Below are positions 38,623 to 48,971 of a DNA stretch of 64,000 bases, one piece after another. Source of the DNA: Nitrososphaerota archaeon (lineage in GTDB: Archaea; Thermoproteota; Nitrososphaeria_A; Caldarchaeales; Calditenuaceae). Location of the stretch: NCBI GenBank assembly GCA_041641295.1, contig JBEPYO010000001.1:928001-992000 (forward strand), read 5' to 3'. Position 1 is the first letter of the stretch. Every line of letters begins with the position of its first letter. The translations under genes and the position numbers were made by a program. The notes beneath the pieces were generated by a model, which was not told the origin of the DNA, made no database searches, and saw only the letters and a list, made by a program, of their open reading frames with translations.

Positions 38623-40422
38623 ATGGCGAAGGCTATCGGCATTGACCTCGGAACCAGCAACTCGGCCGCGGCCGTGGTTATTGGCGGCAGGCCGACGCTG
38701 ATTCCGAGCGCCGAGGGTGTCACACTTTATGGCAAGGCTTTCCCCTCCTATGTCGCGATAACTAAGGATGGTCAGCTCTTAGTCGGTGAGCCTGCCAGGC
38801 GGCAGGCTGTCACCAACCCTGAGGGTACTGTCACTGGTTTTAAGAGGAAGATGGGCACGGACTACAAGTATAAGCTGCACGGCAAGGAGTTTACTCCCCA
38901 GCAGCTCTCCGCCTTCCTCCTCCAGAAGATTAAGCGCGACGCTGAGGCCTACCTAGGCGAGGAGGTTAAGGAGGCCGTCATAACTGTGCCCGCCTACTTC
39001 AACGACAACCAGAGGCAGGCGACGAAGGATGCTGCCGAGATAGCTGGGTTGAAGGTTCTTAGGATAATTAATGAGCCCACGGCCGCCGCACTAGCCTATG
39101 GTCTCGATAAGTTGGAGAAGGAGATGAGGATTCTAGTTTTTGATTTGGGCGGTGGGACACTCGACGTCACGATAATGGAGTTCGGCGGCGGTGTTTTCGA
39201 GGTGAAGGCCACTTCAGGCGATACCCAGCTAGGAGGCAGAGACATGGACGAGGCAATAGTCAACTACCTAGTCGAGACATTTAGGAAGGAGACAGGGATC
39301 GACCTGACAAAAGACCCGGTAGCCATGAATAGGCTCCGGGAAGCCGCTGAGAGGGCCAAGATAGAGCTATCAAACGTATACGAGACGGAGATAAACCTGC
39401 CATTCATAGCCCAGGACGCCAGCGGGCCGAAACACTTCACCCACGTCCTGACGAGGGCTAAGCTCGAGGAGCTGATAGCACCTATTGTCGAGAGGTGCAG
39501 GGGGCCGATAGAGCAGGCGCTGAGGGATGCCAAGCTCAGGCCCGAAGACATAGACAAGATCATCTTGGTTGGTGGTCCTACGAGGATGCCGATTATAAGG
39601 GAATTTCTAAAGAAGACGCTTGGCAAAGAGCCTGAGCGTGGGATAGACCCGATGGAGTGTGTTGCTGCGGGCGCGGCGATTCAGGCCGCAATACTGACCG
39701 GGGAGCTGAAGGGCAAGGACATAGTCCTCCTAGACGTTACGCCGCTAACGCTTGGTGTCGAGGTGCTGGGCGGGCTTGTCGAGCCGCTAATAGAGCGGAA
39801 CACAACAATACCAGTCCGGAGGAGTAAAATCTTCACGACCGCCTCCGACTTCCAGACATCGGTGGAGATACATGTTGTTCAGGGTGAGAGGCCGATGGCT
39901 GCAGACAACGTGTCGCTTGGCAGGTTCATACTGGATGGCATTCCACCAGCCCCGCGCGGTGTTCCGCGAATAGAGGTTACGTTCGACATCAACGCTGATG
40001 GAATTCTGACCGTTACGGCTAAAGACTTGGGTACGGGAAAGGAGATGAGTGTGAAGATAACCGCTCCACACAGGCTCTCTCGCGAGGAGATTGAGCGGAT
40101 GATCAAAGAGGCCGAGCAGTATGCGGAGCAGGATAGGCGCAGGAAGGAGGAGGCAATGCTGAAGAACGAGGCCGAGTCCCTACTCTACACGGTAGACAAG
40201 GCGATGAGCGAGTATGGCTCGAAGCTCAGCGAGGAGACAAGGAACAAGATAAAGGAGGCCTCTGACAAGCTAAGGGATGCGCTGAAGAAGTCCGACATAC
40301 AGGGAATAAAGTCTTCAATGGAGTCCCTGAGGAAGGTTGCGCAGGAGATAGGCGCAGTAATCTATCAGCAGAGCAGTAGTAGCAGTAGCGCGGCTGGCAA
40401 GGAAGAGCAGAAAGGACAGTGA
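38623..40422 (+). CDS. dnaK: chaperone DnaK (Hsp70)
   Basis: [46 protein letters not shown]. Confidence 0.98.
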   Translation: MAKAIGIDLGTSNSAAAVVIGGRPTLIPSAEGVTLYGKAFPSYVAITKDGQLLVGEPARRQAVTNPEGTVTGFKRKMGTDYKYKLHGKEFTPQQLSAFLLQKIKRDAEAYLGEEVKEAVITVPAYFNDNQRQATKDAAEIAGLKVLRIINEPTAAALAYGLDKLEKEMRILVFDLGGGTLDVTIMEFGGGVFEVKATSGDTQLGGRDMDEAIVNYLVETFRKETGIDLTKDPVAMNRLREAAERAKIELSNVYETEINLPFIAQDASGPKHFTHVLTRAKLEELIAPIVERCRGPIEQALRDAKLRPEDIDKIILVGGPTRMPIIREFLKKTLGKEPERGIDPMECVAAGAAIQAAILTGELKGKDIVLLDVTPLTLGVEVLGGLVEPLIERNTTIPVRRSKIFTTASDFQTSVEIHVVQGERPMAADNVSLGRFILDGIPPAPRGVPRIEVTFDINADGILTVTAKDLGTGKEMSVKITAPHRLSREEIERMIKEAEQYAEQDRRRKEEAMLKNEAESLLYTVDKAMSEYGSKLSEETRNKIKEASDKLRDALKKSDIQGIKSSMESLRKVAQEIGAVIYQQSSSSSSAAGKEEQKGQ

Positions 40423-40430
40423 CGCCCTAA

Positions 40431-40823
40431 ATGCCCCTCAGGTCCTCCACACAGATCAGAATCCAGATTGAGGGTGGCGTTGAACTGCAGGGGGAGCTTA
40501 ACAGGTATTTGGCTCCGATGACTTATGACCGGTTGGTCAGGGCTCTGCCCCTGAGTGGCGCTCTGGCACTGTCAGGCGGGCTTGCATACTTCCAGGTCGA
40601 GATAAAGAGGGGGGCTGAGAAGGAGGCCAAAAAAGTTGAGCCTGGGGACATTCTCTACTGGCCCGCGATCCCAGCCATCGCCTTCGTGGTGGAGCCGATA
40701 GCGCCTCCAATGCAGGCGGTCAGGATTGGTAGGCTGACTAGCGATCCCAGCAGTCTCAAGAACCTGAAACAGGGTGCACGAATAGTAGTCGCGGAGGTTA
40801 GGGGTGAGTCTATTTCTTCTTAG
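40431..40823 (+). CDS. cyclophilin-like fold protein (DUF369)
   Basis: LAP.T...LP, GDILYWP. Confidence 0.75.
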   Translation: MPLRSSTQIRIQIEGGVELQGELNRYLAPMTYDRLVRALPLSGALALSGGLAYFQVEIKRGAEKEAKKVEPGDILYWPAIPAIAFVVEPIAPPMQAVRIGRLTSDPSSLKNLKQGARIVVAEVRGESISS

Positions 40824-41193
40824 GCTTAGCGGCCTTCCCCTTGGCTTTTTTCTTAGCCCCAGTGTCCACAACTCCTTCTTCTCCTTCAACTGGTTGTGCG
40901 GCGGTCTGAGGCTTGTGTGGAGTGATCTTAACCTCGGTTGTTGGTACGTATAGCTTTAGTCTCGTGACGCCTTCAAGTGGTCTTAGAATCCCTTTCTCGG
41001 CCAACTCTCTCAGAAACTTCTTAGCCACAGAAAGTCTGACACCAAACCTCTCTGCAATCAGGTATGGGGTGAGGTAGGGCTGGGATTTGGCGAAGGACTC
41101 GACCTCGGCGACATTACTTACAGATAAGCTGAGCACGCGCTTCTCCGCTGCCTTAGTCTTTTCCGCCTGTCTGGTCTGCTGTTTCTGAGACAA
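40810..41193 (-). CDS. rps25e: 30S ribosomal protein eS25
   Basis: YLTPY.IA.RF.V.LSVAKK.LREL...G winged helix; Lys-rich tails. Confidence 0.8.
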   Translation of the reverse strand: MSQKQQTRQAEKTKAAEKRVLSLSVSNVAEVESFAKSQPYLTPYLIAERFGVRLSVAKKFLRELAEKGILRPLEGVTRLKLYVPTTEVKITPHKPQTAAQPVEGEEGVVDTGAKKKAKGKAAKPKKK

Positions 41194-41233
41194 CTACCTA
41201 CCTTCTAGCCGGCCCCTATATAGGTGTTAATCT

Positions 41234-41707
41234 CTAAGTAGGCACGACTATATCGCCCACCACGCCGCCGGTCAGCCTCTGAATATCGGCCGGAGAAATC
41301 TCGACTAGTGCGTTCTGGCTTCCCCCACCACCATAGACCCTATCGAGGCGTACAACCTCGGAGTCGATGACCACGCGAACGCTCGGCCTCAATCCCACTG
41401 GAGGAACAGCACCAATCTCGTAGCCCGTGTGGGCCAGAGTCTCTTCCGGCGTTGCAATCCTGACACTCCTCGCACCAATCAGTCTAGCAAGCTTATACTC
41501 GCTCACCCTCCTGTCGCCTCGAACAACGGCGAGGACAGGCCCACCCTTATCATCTATGAACAGGATACTCTTGATTATTCGCTCGGCCCCCACGCCCAGC
41601 CGCTTAGCCGCAGCGGCCACAGTCTTCACATGTCCCTCAAAAAATATCAGGCGGGCATCCACCCCATGCTCCTTCAAGTAATCCTCAAGCGGGGTCGTCG
41701 CCCTCAA
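41234..41707 (-). CDS. YbaK/EbsC aminoacyl-tRNA deacylase family
   Basis: IIKS, TGYEIGAVPPVG, GGG. Confidence 0.9.
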   Translation of the reverse strand: MRATTPLEDYLKEHGVDARLIFFEGHVKTVAAAAKRLGVGAERIIKSILFIDDKGGPVLAVVRGDRRVSEYKLARLIGARSVRIATPEETLAHTGYEIGAVPPVGLRPSVRVVIDSEVVRLDRVYGGGGSQNALVEISPADIQRLTGGVVGDIVVPT

Positions 41708-41803
41708 AGCTATCGCCTACTCTGTATGCGGCCCCAAGATTTTTCCTTTTCCAGATCGAGGGGTTACGGTTTTATCTATGGGCCCGGGTTAAGTGTTTTT
41801 GGA

Positions 41804-42565
41804 GTGGTTAAGCTGTTTGGCGGCGTGGCATTGGTTAGGCCGGAGGAGTCGAGCGACGTCGAGGAGACAGTCAGGCGGATACTGGAGAGGCATCCGAACG
41901 TTAAGGCGATACTGAGGTACTGGGGGGTGGAGGGTGAGTATAGGAGGCCGAGAATAGAGGTTCTCTGGGGCGCCACACCCGACTCAATAGTTTATCGAGA
42001 GTATGGCGTGGAGTTTGAGCTCGACCCCGCCAGCCTGATGTTTTGTCTTGGAAACAAGTTTGAGAGGATTAGAACCGCTGCCATGGTCAGGAGCTGGGAG
42101 GTGGTCGTAGACATGTTTGCAGGCGTGGGACAGTTCAGCATCCCGATAGCCTACCACGCCAGGCCCAAGAGGGTATATGCAATCGAGATTAACCCAGCCG
42201 CATACGGATTTCTCGTCAAGAACATTGAGAGAAACAAGGTCTCGGAGATAGTTGAGCCCCATCTCGGAGACTGCAGGGAGGTTGCCAGGCAGATAGGTCA
42301 GGTAGCGGACAGGGTCATCATGGGGTATCTCCACGACACAGTCAGCTTCCTCCCATATGCACTGGGTATGCTCTCACCCGCTGGAGGAATAATTCATCTC
42401 CACAGCCTAGCCGTGAGGGGGAGAGAGGATGACCTGGCAGCCAACGCCCTATCCACTGCCGAGAGGCTGGGATACAAGGCGAGGCTCCTAGGCCGGAGGG
42501 TCATTAAGAGCTACTCCCCATCAAAACTCCACATAGCCGTCGAACTCTTCGCCATCAAGCAGTAA
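41804..42565 (+). CDS. Trm5/Taw2 family SAM-dependent tRNA-modifying enzyme
   Basis: MF..GN..ER, VVDMFAGVG.F, EINP, ADRVIMGY; start re-set to GTG 41804. Confidence 0.85.
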   Translation: MVKLFGGVALVRPEESSDVEETVRRILERHPNVKAILRYWGVEGEYRRPRIEVLWGATPDSIVYREYGVEFELDPASLMFCLGNKFERIRTAAMVRSWEVVVDMFAGVGQFSIPIAYHARPKRVYAIEINPAAYGFLVKNIERNKVSEIVEPHLGDCREVARQIGQVADRVIMGYLHDTVSFLPYALGMLSPAGGIIHLHSLAVRGREDDLAANALSTAERLGYKARLLGRRVIKSYSPSKLHIAVELFAIKQ

Positions 42566-43448
42566 GCACAGCCCTGATGAGCGTGAATTCTTTAAGACTC
42601 TCAATAACTTTCGACAACGCCACAAACAATGTATAGACCCGGCAATCTTCCACCCCTCTGCCTGTCAAAACCTCCTCCACCTTCTCCCCCACCCTCTCTA
42701 ACGCCTCATAATCACCGCCGATGGCGTCTGTGAGCTCGGAGACAAGCGTAGCAAAGGTCTCGACCAAATGTGAGAAGCCTCCCCTGCCTACAGTCGCAAC
42801 ATCTTCAAAAGCCTCGCAGAGGTCTAGCATCCGGGCTGAGACCAAGCTAGCTAGTGGAAGGGCTCGAACTACCAAGTCTCTAGAGGGTTTTGTTATCAGC
42901 CCCGAGGCGTATCTGAAGAGGGCGAGGGCGTATAGGCGGCAGTCGGCCAGCTCATCTGGTAGAGAAGCGCTGTCCCCAGAGCCCACATTTTTCGCAGCCG
43001 ATTGGGCGGCTGAGACAAGAGTCGTCAAAAACACCCTGATGCCTTGTTCTAGACTTGCGAAGACCTCGTCAGAGAATGAGGCCAGAACCTCGTTCTCGCT
43101 GGGGGCGGTGGCGATGAGGCCGTGAACCTCCCCCCTCATCCTCCTAAGCCTACCAATAACCTGTTGAGTTGGACCGCGGGTCCTAAACCTCACCTGACCC
43201 ACACCGATCTTATACAAGGCCCTAGTCAACTCCTCAAGCCTCCCCACACCTATTACGTCCAACTCCACATCCACTAAAGGTCCGACAGCCCTCTCCCCCG
43301 GAACAACTATCAGGAGCCCCGGCTCCGTGAGTAAGAAAACACTAGACCCTTTACCGAGCCCCAGCTCCTCCACCCAGTCCTTCGGGAGTGTCAAAACATA
43401 CGAGCTTCCCCGGAGTTGCTGTAGCCTCCTCTCCTCAAGCCTTGGCAT
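42555..43448 (-). CDS. AbrB-domain / PhoU-like regulator (divergent)
   Basis: RRLQQLRGSSYVLTLPKDWV AbrB N-terminus, LY..G. Confidence 0.75.
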   Translation of the reverse strand: MPRLEERRLQQLRGSSYVLTLPKDWVEELGLGKGSSVFLLTEPGLLIVVPGERAVGPLVDVELDVIGVGRLEELTRALYKIGVGQVRFRTRGPTQQVIGRLRRMRGEVHGLIATAPSENEVLASFSDEVFASLEQGIRVFLTTLVSAAQSAAKNVGSGDSASLPDELADCRLYALALFRYASGLITKPSRDLVVRALPLASLVSARMLDLCEAFEDVATVGRGGFSHLVETFATLVSELTDAIGGDYEALERVGEKVEEVLTGRGVEDCRVYTLFVALSKVIESLKEFTLIRAVLTA

Positions 43449-43567
43449 GCAATAACTATTCTTGCACCAGTGTTATAACGCTTATCCCGCGACAAGCCCT
43501 AACCCACAGAGGCTAGGATACCAAGGTCTCAATACATCAAGCTATGAGAAAACTTTTCTACCCTTCT

Positions 43568-43580
43568 AAATAAAAAATTC
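43568..43580 (-). terminator. oligo-T terminator of acidic microprotein gene
   Basis: Minus strand GAATTTTTTATTT about 20 nt after the TAG. Confidence 0.55.
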
Positions 43581-43599
43581 AGGTTAACGGTGGCTTAGA

Positions 43600-43734
43600 C
43601 TATACTTCCTCCTCTTCCTCTAACTCCTCCTCTTCCCACTCTTCTTCCTCCCACTCTTCCTCCTCTTCCTCGAAGTCTTCCTCCCACTCCTCCTCTTCTT
43701 CCCACTCCTCTTCAGAGAACCTGATGTGGCTCAT
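43600..43734 (-). CDS. ultra-acidic Glu/Trp microprotein (44 aa)
   Basis: MSHIRFSEEEWEEEEEWEEDFEEEEEEWEEEEWEEEELEEEEEV; GGTGAT SD-like, TTTTATA at 43769-75, T-tract downstream; mixed GAA/GAG codons. Confidence 0.75.
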   Translation of the reverse strand: MSHIRFSEEEWEEEEEWEEDFEEEEEEWEEEEWEEEELEEEEEV

Positions 43735-43887
43735 AATCACCGTGCCTGAAGCTCACTAATCTCCTGAATATAAAAGTATTGTGAGCCAGTAGAACCGCGA
43801 AGGACGCCAGAATTAAAGCCTTATCCATTCTATCGGCCTAACGGCCAGCGCAACATACACCGTGCGCCATGCCCTTGGCCAAACCAT

Positions 43888-44757
43888 CTATCTCCACTCC
43901 CTAGGATACCTCCAGTCAGACCCATGCGATCTAGCACTGAGCCTGAATATCTCGGGCAGCTGCCTCTTATGCTGTGTCTGCTTCACCATTCTCATGACCT
44001 TATCCACAACCTCTCTATCAATCCCTAGGCGTGATGCGACCTCCTCCTCGCTGAGCCAAGCGTCAAACCTGAGATATAGGATGCTGTCGAGCAGGTCGTA
44101 TGACATCCCCAGCTCAGCCTCTGCGGTTTGTCCAGGCCAGAGGGCTGGTGATGGCGGCTTCACGATAATCTCTTCGGGGACACCAAGGTATCTTGCAAGC
44201 TGCCTGATCTGGGTCTTGTAGAGGTCGGCGAGGGGCATTACATCCACTCCCGCGTCCCCGTACTTCGTGAAGTAGCCTATGGTTAGCTCCGACTTGTCGC
44301 TTGTGCCTATGACGAGGCAGTTATGCTTCGCCGCCTGTGCGTGGAGTATAATCATTCTAACCCTCGCGGCTATGTTTCCGACTATGAGGGGGTTCTCGGC
44401 CCTGAGCCTCTCAGCGAATGCTCTCACAATGTCGTCGATGTTTATCAGCTCGTAGTTGTCCTCAGGTATTCCAAGCTCTTCTATTACTGTCTGGGCAAGC
44501 CGTATGTCGTGTTGCGGCGTGGCCGATGTTGGGAGAATATAGCAGAAGAGGTTCTCGGGCTTTAGTGCGCGGGCCGTGAGATAGGCGGCGGTAGACGAGT
44601 CTATCCCACCACTCAGACCTATAACCCCTCCCCGCCTACCAGCGTACTCGAAGACATAGTGTCTGAGCCTCTCACAGAGGTAGTTGGTAACCCTCTCAGC
44701 ATCGATCTCCAACTCTTTGATTGGGATACTCACCCTAGTGGCCAATTCTCCCTTCAT
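43888..44757 (-). CDS. nadE: NAD+ synthetase (synthetase subunit)
   Basis: GLSGGIDS, N..ARVRM, GYFTKYGD, DLYKTQ, PSPALWPGQ. Confidence 0.95.
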   Translation of the reverse strand: MKGELATRVSIPIKELEIDAERVTNYLCERLRHYVFEYAGRRGGVIGLSGGIDSSTAAYLTARALKPENLFCYILPTSATPQHDIRLAQTVIEELGIPEDNYELINIDDIVRAFAERLRAENPLIVGNIAARVRMIILHAQAAKHNCLVIGTSDKSELTIGYFTKYGDAGVDVMPLADLYKTQIRQLARYLGVPEEIIVKPPSPALWPGQTAEAELGMSYDLLDSILYLRFDAWLSEEEVASRLGIDREVVDKVMRMVKQTQHKRQLPEIFRLSARSHGSDWRYPREWR

Positions 44758-44809
44758 CCAACGATTCCAGCCTCAGCGGGCTTAAAAATATGCCTATGTG
44801 AGAAAGTTT

Positions 44810-45646
44810 CTAGAGCTTAGATAACGCGTGATGGAACTCCCTGAGGTGCATCCTGAAAGAGCTGAACCTTCTCGCCCTCGCGTTTTCTGAGAGGTCTATC
44901 TCGCAGATTTTAAAGTCCTCCTCCATGGTTTTGCATTTGGCCAGCTCTACACCGTTTGGCCCCACAATCCTTGACCCTCCCCAGAAGAACTCCTCATCCT
45001 CCGGCCCAGCCCTATTTACGAAGACCACGTGAACTGCATGCGTCAGTGCGGTTGCATTTAGTATCGAAGTCCATGCGTGGTCGATCCACGGCCTACCCTC
45101 CACTGGACTATTCAGTCCCCGAAGAGGAGATGATGCTATACAGATAAGCACCTCGGCCCCCAGTCTTACGAGGGCCTCAGCAGGCTCCGGATGCCAAAGG
45201 TCCTCGCAGATCAAGACTCCAAACCTGTCATCAAAGATTTTGAGGTCCCTGAGAGGGTCGCCGGGCATGAAGTAGCGCGCCTCCTCGAAGAGTCCGTAGG
45301 TCGGCAGATAGAATTTCGGCACTACACATTTTATCTCTCCATCGCCTATGATGGCTGCCGCGTTTTGTATGATGCCCGGCCTAACCTCTCTAACCATCCC
45401 TATTACTGCGTGAATGTCGCGGCAGGCCCGTTTAATCTCCTCTAGGGCTTTGCTACAGGTGTGGGGGACCTCGTAGGCGACGTCTTTCAGCAAGTAGCCT
45501 GTCAGCGATAGCTCGGGGAAGACGATTAGGTCCGCTCCCTCCCTCCGTGCCCTCTCGATATACTCTATATGCTTCTCCTTATTCGCCTCGATGTCGCCTA
45601 TTCGTGTCGAGACTTGCGCGAGAGCTATCTTAACTCTTCCGGACAC
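44810..45646 (-). CDS. nitrilase-family amidohydrolase, probable glutaminase subunit of NAD+ synthetase
   Basis: FPELSLTGY, KFYLPTYGLFEEARYF, ICEDLW; directly upstream of nadE. Confidence 0.85.
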   Translation of the reverse strand: MSGRVKIALAQVSTRIGDIEANKEKHIEYIERARREGADLIVFPELSLTGYLLKDVAYEVPHTCSKALEEIKRACRDIHAVIGMVREVRPGIIQNAAAIIGDGEIKCVVPKFYLPTYGLFEEARYFMPGDPLRDLKIFDDRFGVLICEDLWHPEPAEALVRLGAEVLICIASSPLRGLNSPVEGRPWIDHAWTSILNATALTHAVHVVFVNRAGPEDEEFFWGGSRIVGPNGVELAKCKTMEEDFKICEIDLSENARARRFSSFRMHLREFHHALSKL

Positions 45647-45752
45647 CGATATGTAACAACGTAAACCAATATAAAGCATATACTACCTGCGGAGCTGTGC
45701 ATAAGCTCGGGATGGTTTAAGAGCCGGTGATGCCCTCTAGCCTGAAAAGCAC

Positions 45753-46565
45753 TTGAACAGCCGGGTCATTCTAATTTCAAGGGCCGACAGCTCGTCAATG
45801 CTGGTCAGGAAGTGTCTTGTGGAGAGGTTTGGGTTTGAGCCCGTTCAGACGTCGGGTGTGGAGATGCTGCGCGGCCGCCCAGTCTCAGCGATAGTCGTCG
45901 ATAAACACCACCTCTACCTCGAGGAAGAAGAGATACTGGGGCTCGGCGCAGACCTCATCGTAGTTGCCTCCTCTCATAGGTCTGAGAGTGGGCAAAAAGC
46001 CCTCACCACGCATGCAACCGGCAACTGGACTGGTGATGTGAGCATGGGAGGCAGACCGCGCGCACTATCCCTAACACTAGCCGGCGCCATTAGGGCGGCC
46101 TACAACTCTCTTAGACGCGGTATCGAGGAGAACAGCAGTCTGAGGGACTGGTGGGTGGGTCTCGAGGTAACGCACCACGGCCCCTACTCGCCCGTACCGA
46201 TGGTTTACGTTGAGTTCGGTGGCCCTGTCGAGGCCAGGGCTGACGAGAGGGCGGCAGAGGTTGTCGCTGGAGCGTGTATTGAGGCCTGTCTTGCGGGGCC
46301 GTCAAGGTCTGCTGCCATAGGTGTGGGTGGAGGACACTACGCACCCACCTTCACCCGGCTGATGAGTCTCGGCGAGTATGACTTTGGACATATACTCCCA
46401 AAATACTTCATTCCTGAGGCGGTCGACCTTTTGGGGGAGGCTGTTAGGAGTGTTGTTGACGGATGTGGTGTGGCGGTTATTGACTGGAAGGGCATCCAAG
46501 GTCAGTATAGGGGGCTTGTGGTTGAGAGGCTCCAGCAGCTTGGTGTCGAGATAGTTAAACACTAA
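45753..46565 (+). CDS. dtdA: D-aminoacyl-tRNA deacylase (DTD2)
   Basis: SSHRS, LTTHATGN, EVTHHGP, GGGHY, GHILPKY, DWKG. Confidence 0.92.
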   Translation: MNSRVILISRADSSSMLVRKCLVERFGFEPVQTSGVEMLRGRPVSAIVVDKHHLYLEEEEILGLGADLIVVASSHRSESGQKALTTHATGNWTGDVSMGGRPRALSLTLAGAIRAAYNSLRRGIEENSSLRDWWVGLEVTHHGPYSPVPMVYVEFGGPVEARADERAAEVVAGACIEACLAGPSRSAAIGVGGGHYAPTFTRLMSLGEYDFGHILPKYFIPEAVDLLGEAVRSVVDGCGVAVIDWKGIQGQYRGLVVERLQQLGVEIVKH

Positions 46566-46641
46566 AACTTCTGCATAGAGTGCCCTGTACCGGCATCTTT
46601 AGTCCATAAAAGATTTTAATGTATTATGTTATGGAAATGGT

Positions 46642-47823
46642 TTAATCTACTTCCTCGTGGGCTTCTTTCTTCTTTGCGGCTGGTGCCTTCGCGGTTGGCT
46701 TCTCCTCGTATGGCTTAAACCTCGGCTTCAATGTCTCTAGGATTGAAGGTAGTGTGGTGTACTCCATCTCCTCGTGGCCGAGGCGTGCAGGCTCAAACTC
46801 ACCCATCGTCCTCAGATAAATCGCCAGCTCGGCTGCCTTATGCCTCACATAGTCCCAGAATGGGTCGGCGAACAGGTCTGCAGGCTCTTCACCGTCAACA
46901 CCTATCAGCTTGCCGTTACTCACCTGCCAGCCCATCGCAATCACCCTCGGCGGACCATCAAAGTACGAGACGACGTTCTGCCCATTCTTGAACGAGACAG
47001 GCATCAGTGGACCTCTATGCGAGCCTCTCATCCATCCACTCACTATCGGTGGAACAGCGAAGGCGGCCAGTATCTCTCCTACTGCGGGGAATCCGGACTG
47101 AGCCCTAACCACAAGCACCGGGTCATCCTTGCCCACATAGCGCCCAGCAATCAGACTCAGCCTCGTAGTGCTGGCTGCGGCTGCGGGCTCTCCATCAGCG
47201 GCCCGCCTGACGCGGGCCACGGCGTAGCGGCCAGGGGTCCCAAGCAGTCCAAGGAGCATGTAGAGCTCCTCGGGGGTCTTCAGCTCCACAATCTGGCTCT
47301 CGTATAGGTCGAGGACCTCGAAGATGAAGCCCTTCTGGAGCTGTGGGTCGATGACTAGGCCTGCCGTGTTGTCGGGTGAGGCGAATATCCTGTAGAGCGG
47401 TAGGTTCCAGGCGCCTGGCTCGGTCTTGTCGGCTGCGAAGACTACTACGGGGTCCGATCTCCTCTCCTCGAACTCTATCTCGGCAACGCCTGGGCCGAGG
47501 CCTCTCACGTTGCCGCTAAAAGCGTCGCTTAGCAGGTCTTGGCCGGCTCCGTAAAGCTTCATAGGCTTTGCCACGTTTTCGGTTATCTCTTTGAAGATTC
47601 TCCAAGCGAGGCCGTGAATCTCAGCATCATTCTCACCCCTATTATGTGTCATGACTAGTATTATGTCGTCTCCTGCGTGGGTTACGTATCCGCTGTTGAT
47701 GAGACCTGTTGTCTTGGCCTCATTCAGCTTCTTCTGGGCGTAGCGCAGCATCTCGTTGTGTGGCTTGTAGTGCCCGGATACGCTTCCGACATCCGCCTTA
47801 ATGACGGAAAGAGTTGTCTTCAA
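46642..47823 (-). CDS. fbp: fructose-1,6-bisphosphate aldolase/phosphatase
   Basis: SVIKADVG, GDD, LYGAGQDLL.DAFSGN, YVGKDDP, GWMRGSH.GP, EYTT; start TTG 47823. Confidence 0.97.
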   Translation of the reverse strand: MKTTLSVIKADVGSVSGHYKPHNEMLRYAQKKLNEAKTTGLINSGYVTHAGDDIILVMTHNRGENDAEIHGLAWRIFKEITENVAKPMKLYGAGQDLLSDAFSGNVRGLGPGVAEIEFEERRSDPVVVFAADKTEPGAWNLPLYRIFASPDNTAGLVIDPQLQKGFIFEVLDLYESQIVELKTPEELYMLLGLLGTPGRYAVARVRRAADGEPAAAASTTRLSLIAGRYVGKDDPVLVVRAQSGFPAVGEILAAFAVPPIVSGWMRGSHRGPLMPVSFKNGQNVVSYFDGPPRVIAMGWQVSNGKLIGVDGEEPADLFADPFWDYVRHKAAELAIYLRTMGEFEPARLGHEEMEYTTLPSILETLKPRFKPYEEKPTAKAPAAKKKEAHEEVD

Positions 47824-47950
47824 CCTATTTTCAACCTCTTTTTCGGCACTAGGGCGGACGTGGCTCAATTTTAGTTTTCCCCCAATCCTCGGTGGATGGT
47901 GGCTGAAGACTGGGCGATACACTCATTTACCCGCCGCTAGTCCTGATAAG

Positions 47951-48970
47951 ATGTTGAAAGCAGTAGTCCTTGAGCGGTACGGACCGCCTGAGGTTCTCGA
48001 GTATAAGGATGTGGCAGACCCAGTGCCGGCGGGGGGAGAGGTGCTTGTCAGAGTTGCGGCAGCAGGCGTCAACAGGGTCGACGTGTGGATTAGGACTGGG
48101 AAATACCAGGTAAAGCTCCCCCACGTCTTGGGGGTTGACGTTGCTGGCGAAGTTGTCTCTTCGACGGCACCAAACCTCAGGAAGGGTGATAGGGTAGTGT
48201 TGTTCCCCGACATGCCCTGTGGCAAGTGCAGATACTGTCTAACTGGGCGCTTCCAGCTCTGCAGGAACGGCTCAAGGCTCGGCTCTACACGTTGGGGAGG
48301 GTATGCGGAGCTGGTGGCTGCGCCTGCATCGACAGCAATTCCCCTCCCGAGTGGGGTCAGCCTAGAGGAGGCCGCCGCCCTCCCAGTAAACTATTCAACG
48401 GCTTGGAGGGCACTGGTCACGGATGCTGCCGTCGGTCCGGGGATGTGGGTTCTAGTTGTTGGTGGTAGTAGTGGGGTTGGTGTGGCTGCTACGCAGATTG
48501 CCCGCCTGTCAGGGGCAAGGGTGATATCTGTTGTTGGGGATGACTGGAAGGAGGAGCGTGCCTACAAGGCCGGCGCGGACTATGTAGTTAACCGCAACAA
48601 GAAGGATGTGGTTGAAGAGGTTTTGAAGACGACGGGCGGCGAGGGTGTGGACGTAGTACTAGAAATGGCTGGGACTCCTTTCTGGGAGAAGGCCCTACAA
48701 TGCCTCGCGCCAGGCGGCACACTCGTAGTGGTGGGCGCGACAGCAGGCGACCAAGTCTCATTCAACGTGAGGCCCTTCTTTAGAAAATACCAGCGGATAA
48801 TCGGGAGCGGTGTAGGCACTCAAGGCGAGTTTCTCAGAATCATAGAACTCTTCTCCCAAGGCAAGCTCCGCCCAGTTATCGATAGAGTCTTCAGCCTCAA
48901 GGATGCGGCCGAGGCCCATAAGAGGTTGGAGGCCGGCGAGCACTTCGGGAAAATATTGTTGAAGCCATAG
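47951..48970 (+). CDS. zinc-binding MDR dehydrogenase / quinone reductase
   Basis: YGPPEVL, CGKCRYC...C, GGSSGVG, HFGKIL. Confidence 0.9.
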   Translation: MLKAVVLERYGPPEVLEYKDVADPVPAGGEVLVRVAAAGVNRVDVWIRTGKYQVKLPHVLGVDVAGEVVSSTAPNLRKGDRVVLFPDMPCGKCRYCLTGRFQLCRNGSRLGSTRWGGYAELVAAPASTAIPLPSGVSLEEAAALPVNYSTAWRALVTDAAVGPGMWVLVVGGSSGVGVAATQIARLSGARVISVVGDDWKEERAYKAGADYVVNRNKKDVVEEVLKTTGGEGVDVVLEMAGTPFWEKALQCLAPGGTLVVVGATAGDQVSFNVRPFFRKYQRIIGSGVGTQGEFLRIIELFSQGKLRPVIDRVFSLKDAAEAHKRLEAGEHFGKILLKP

Positions 48971-48971
48971 A

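Noticed and set aside
41429-41803. Long N-terminal extensions in the ORF track (Trm5/Taw2, serS, fbp, MDR, DUF373, cupin)
   Set aside because: They overlap real neighbouring genes or promoters and precede the family's normal start.
43475-43486. ATAACGCTTATC is shared upstream of both AbrB/PhoU genes (also 52313-52324)
   Set aside because: Matches the general BRE/TATA pattern seen elsewhere (AACGCTTAT at about 28172), so it cannot be called a specific operator.
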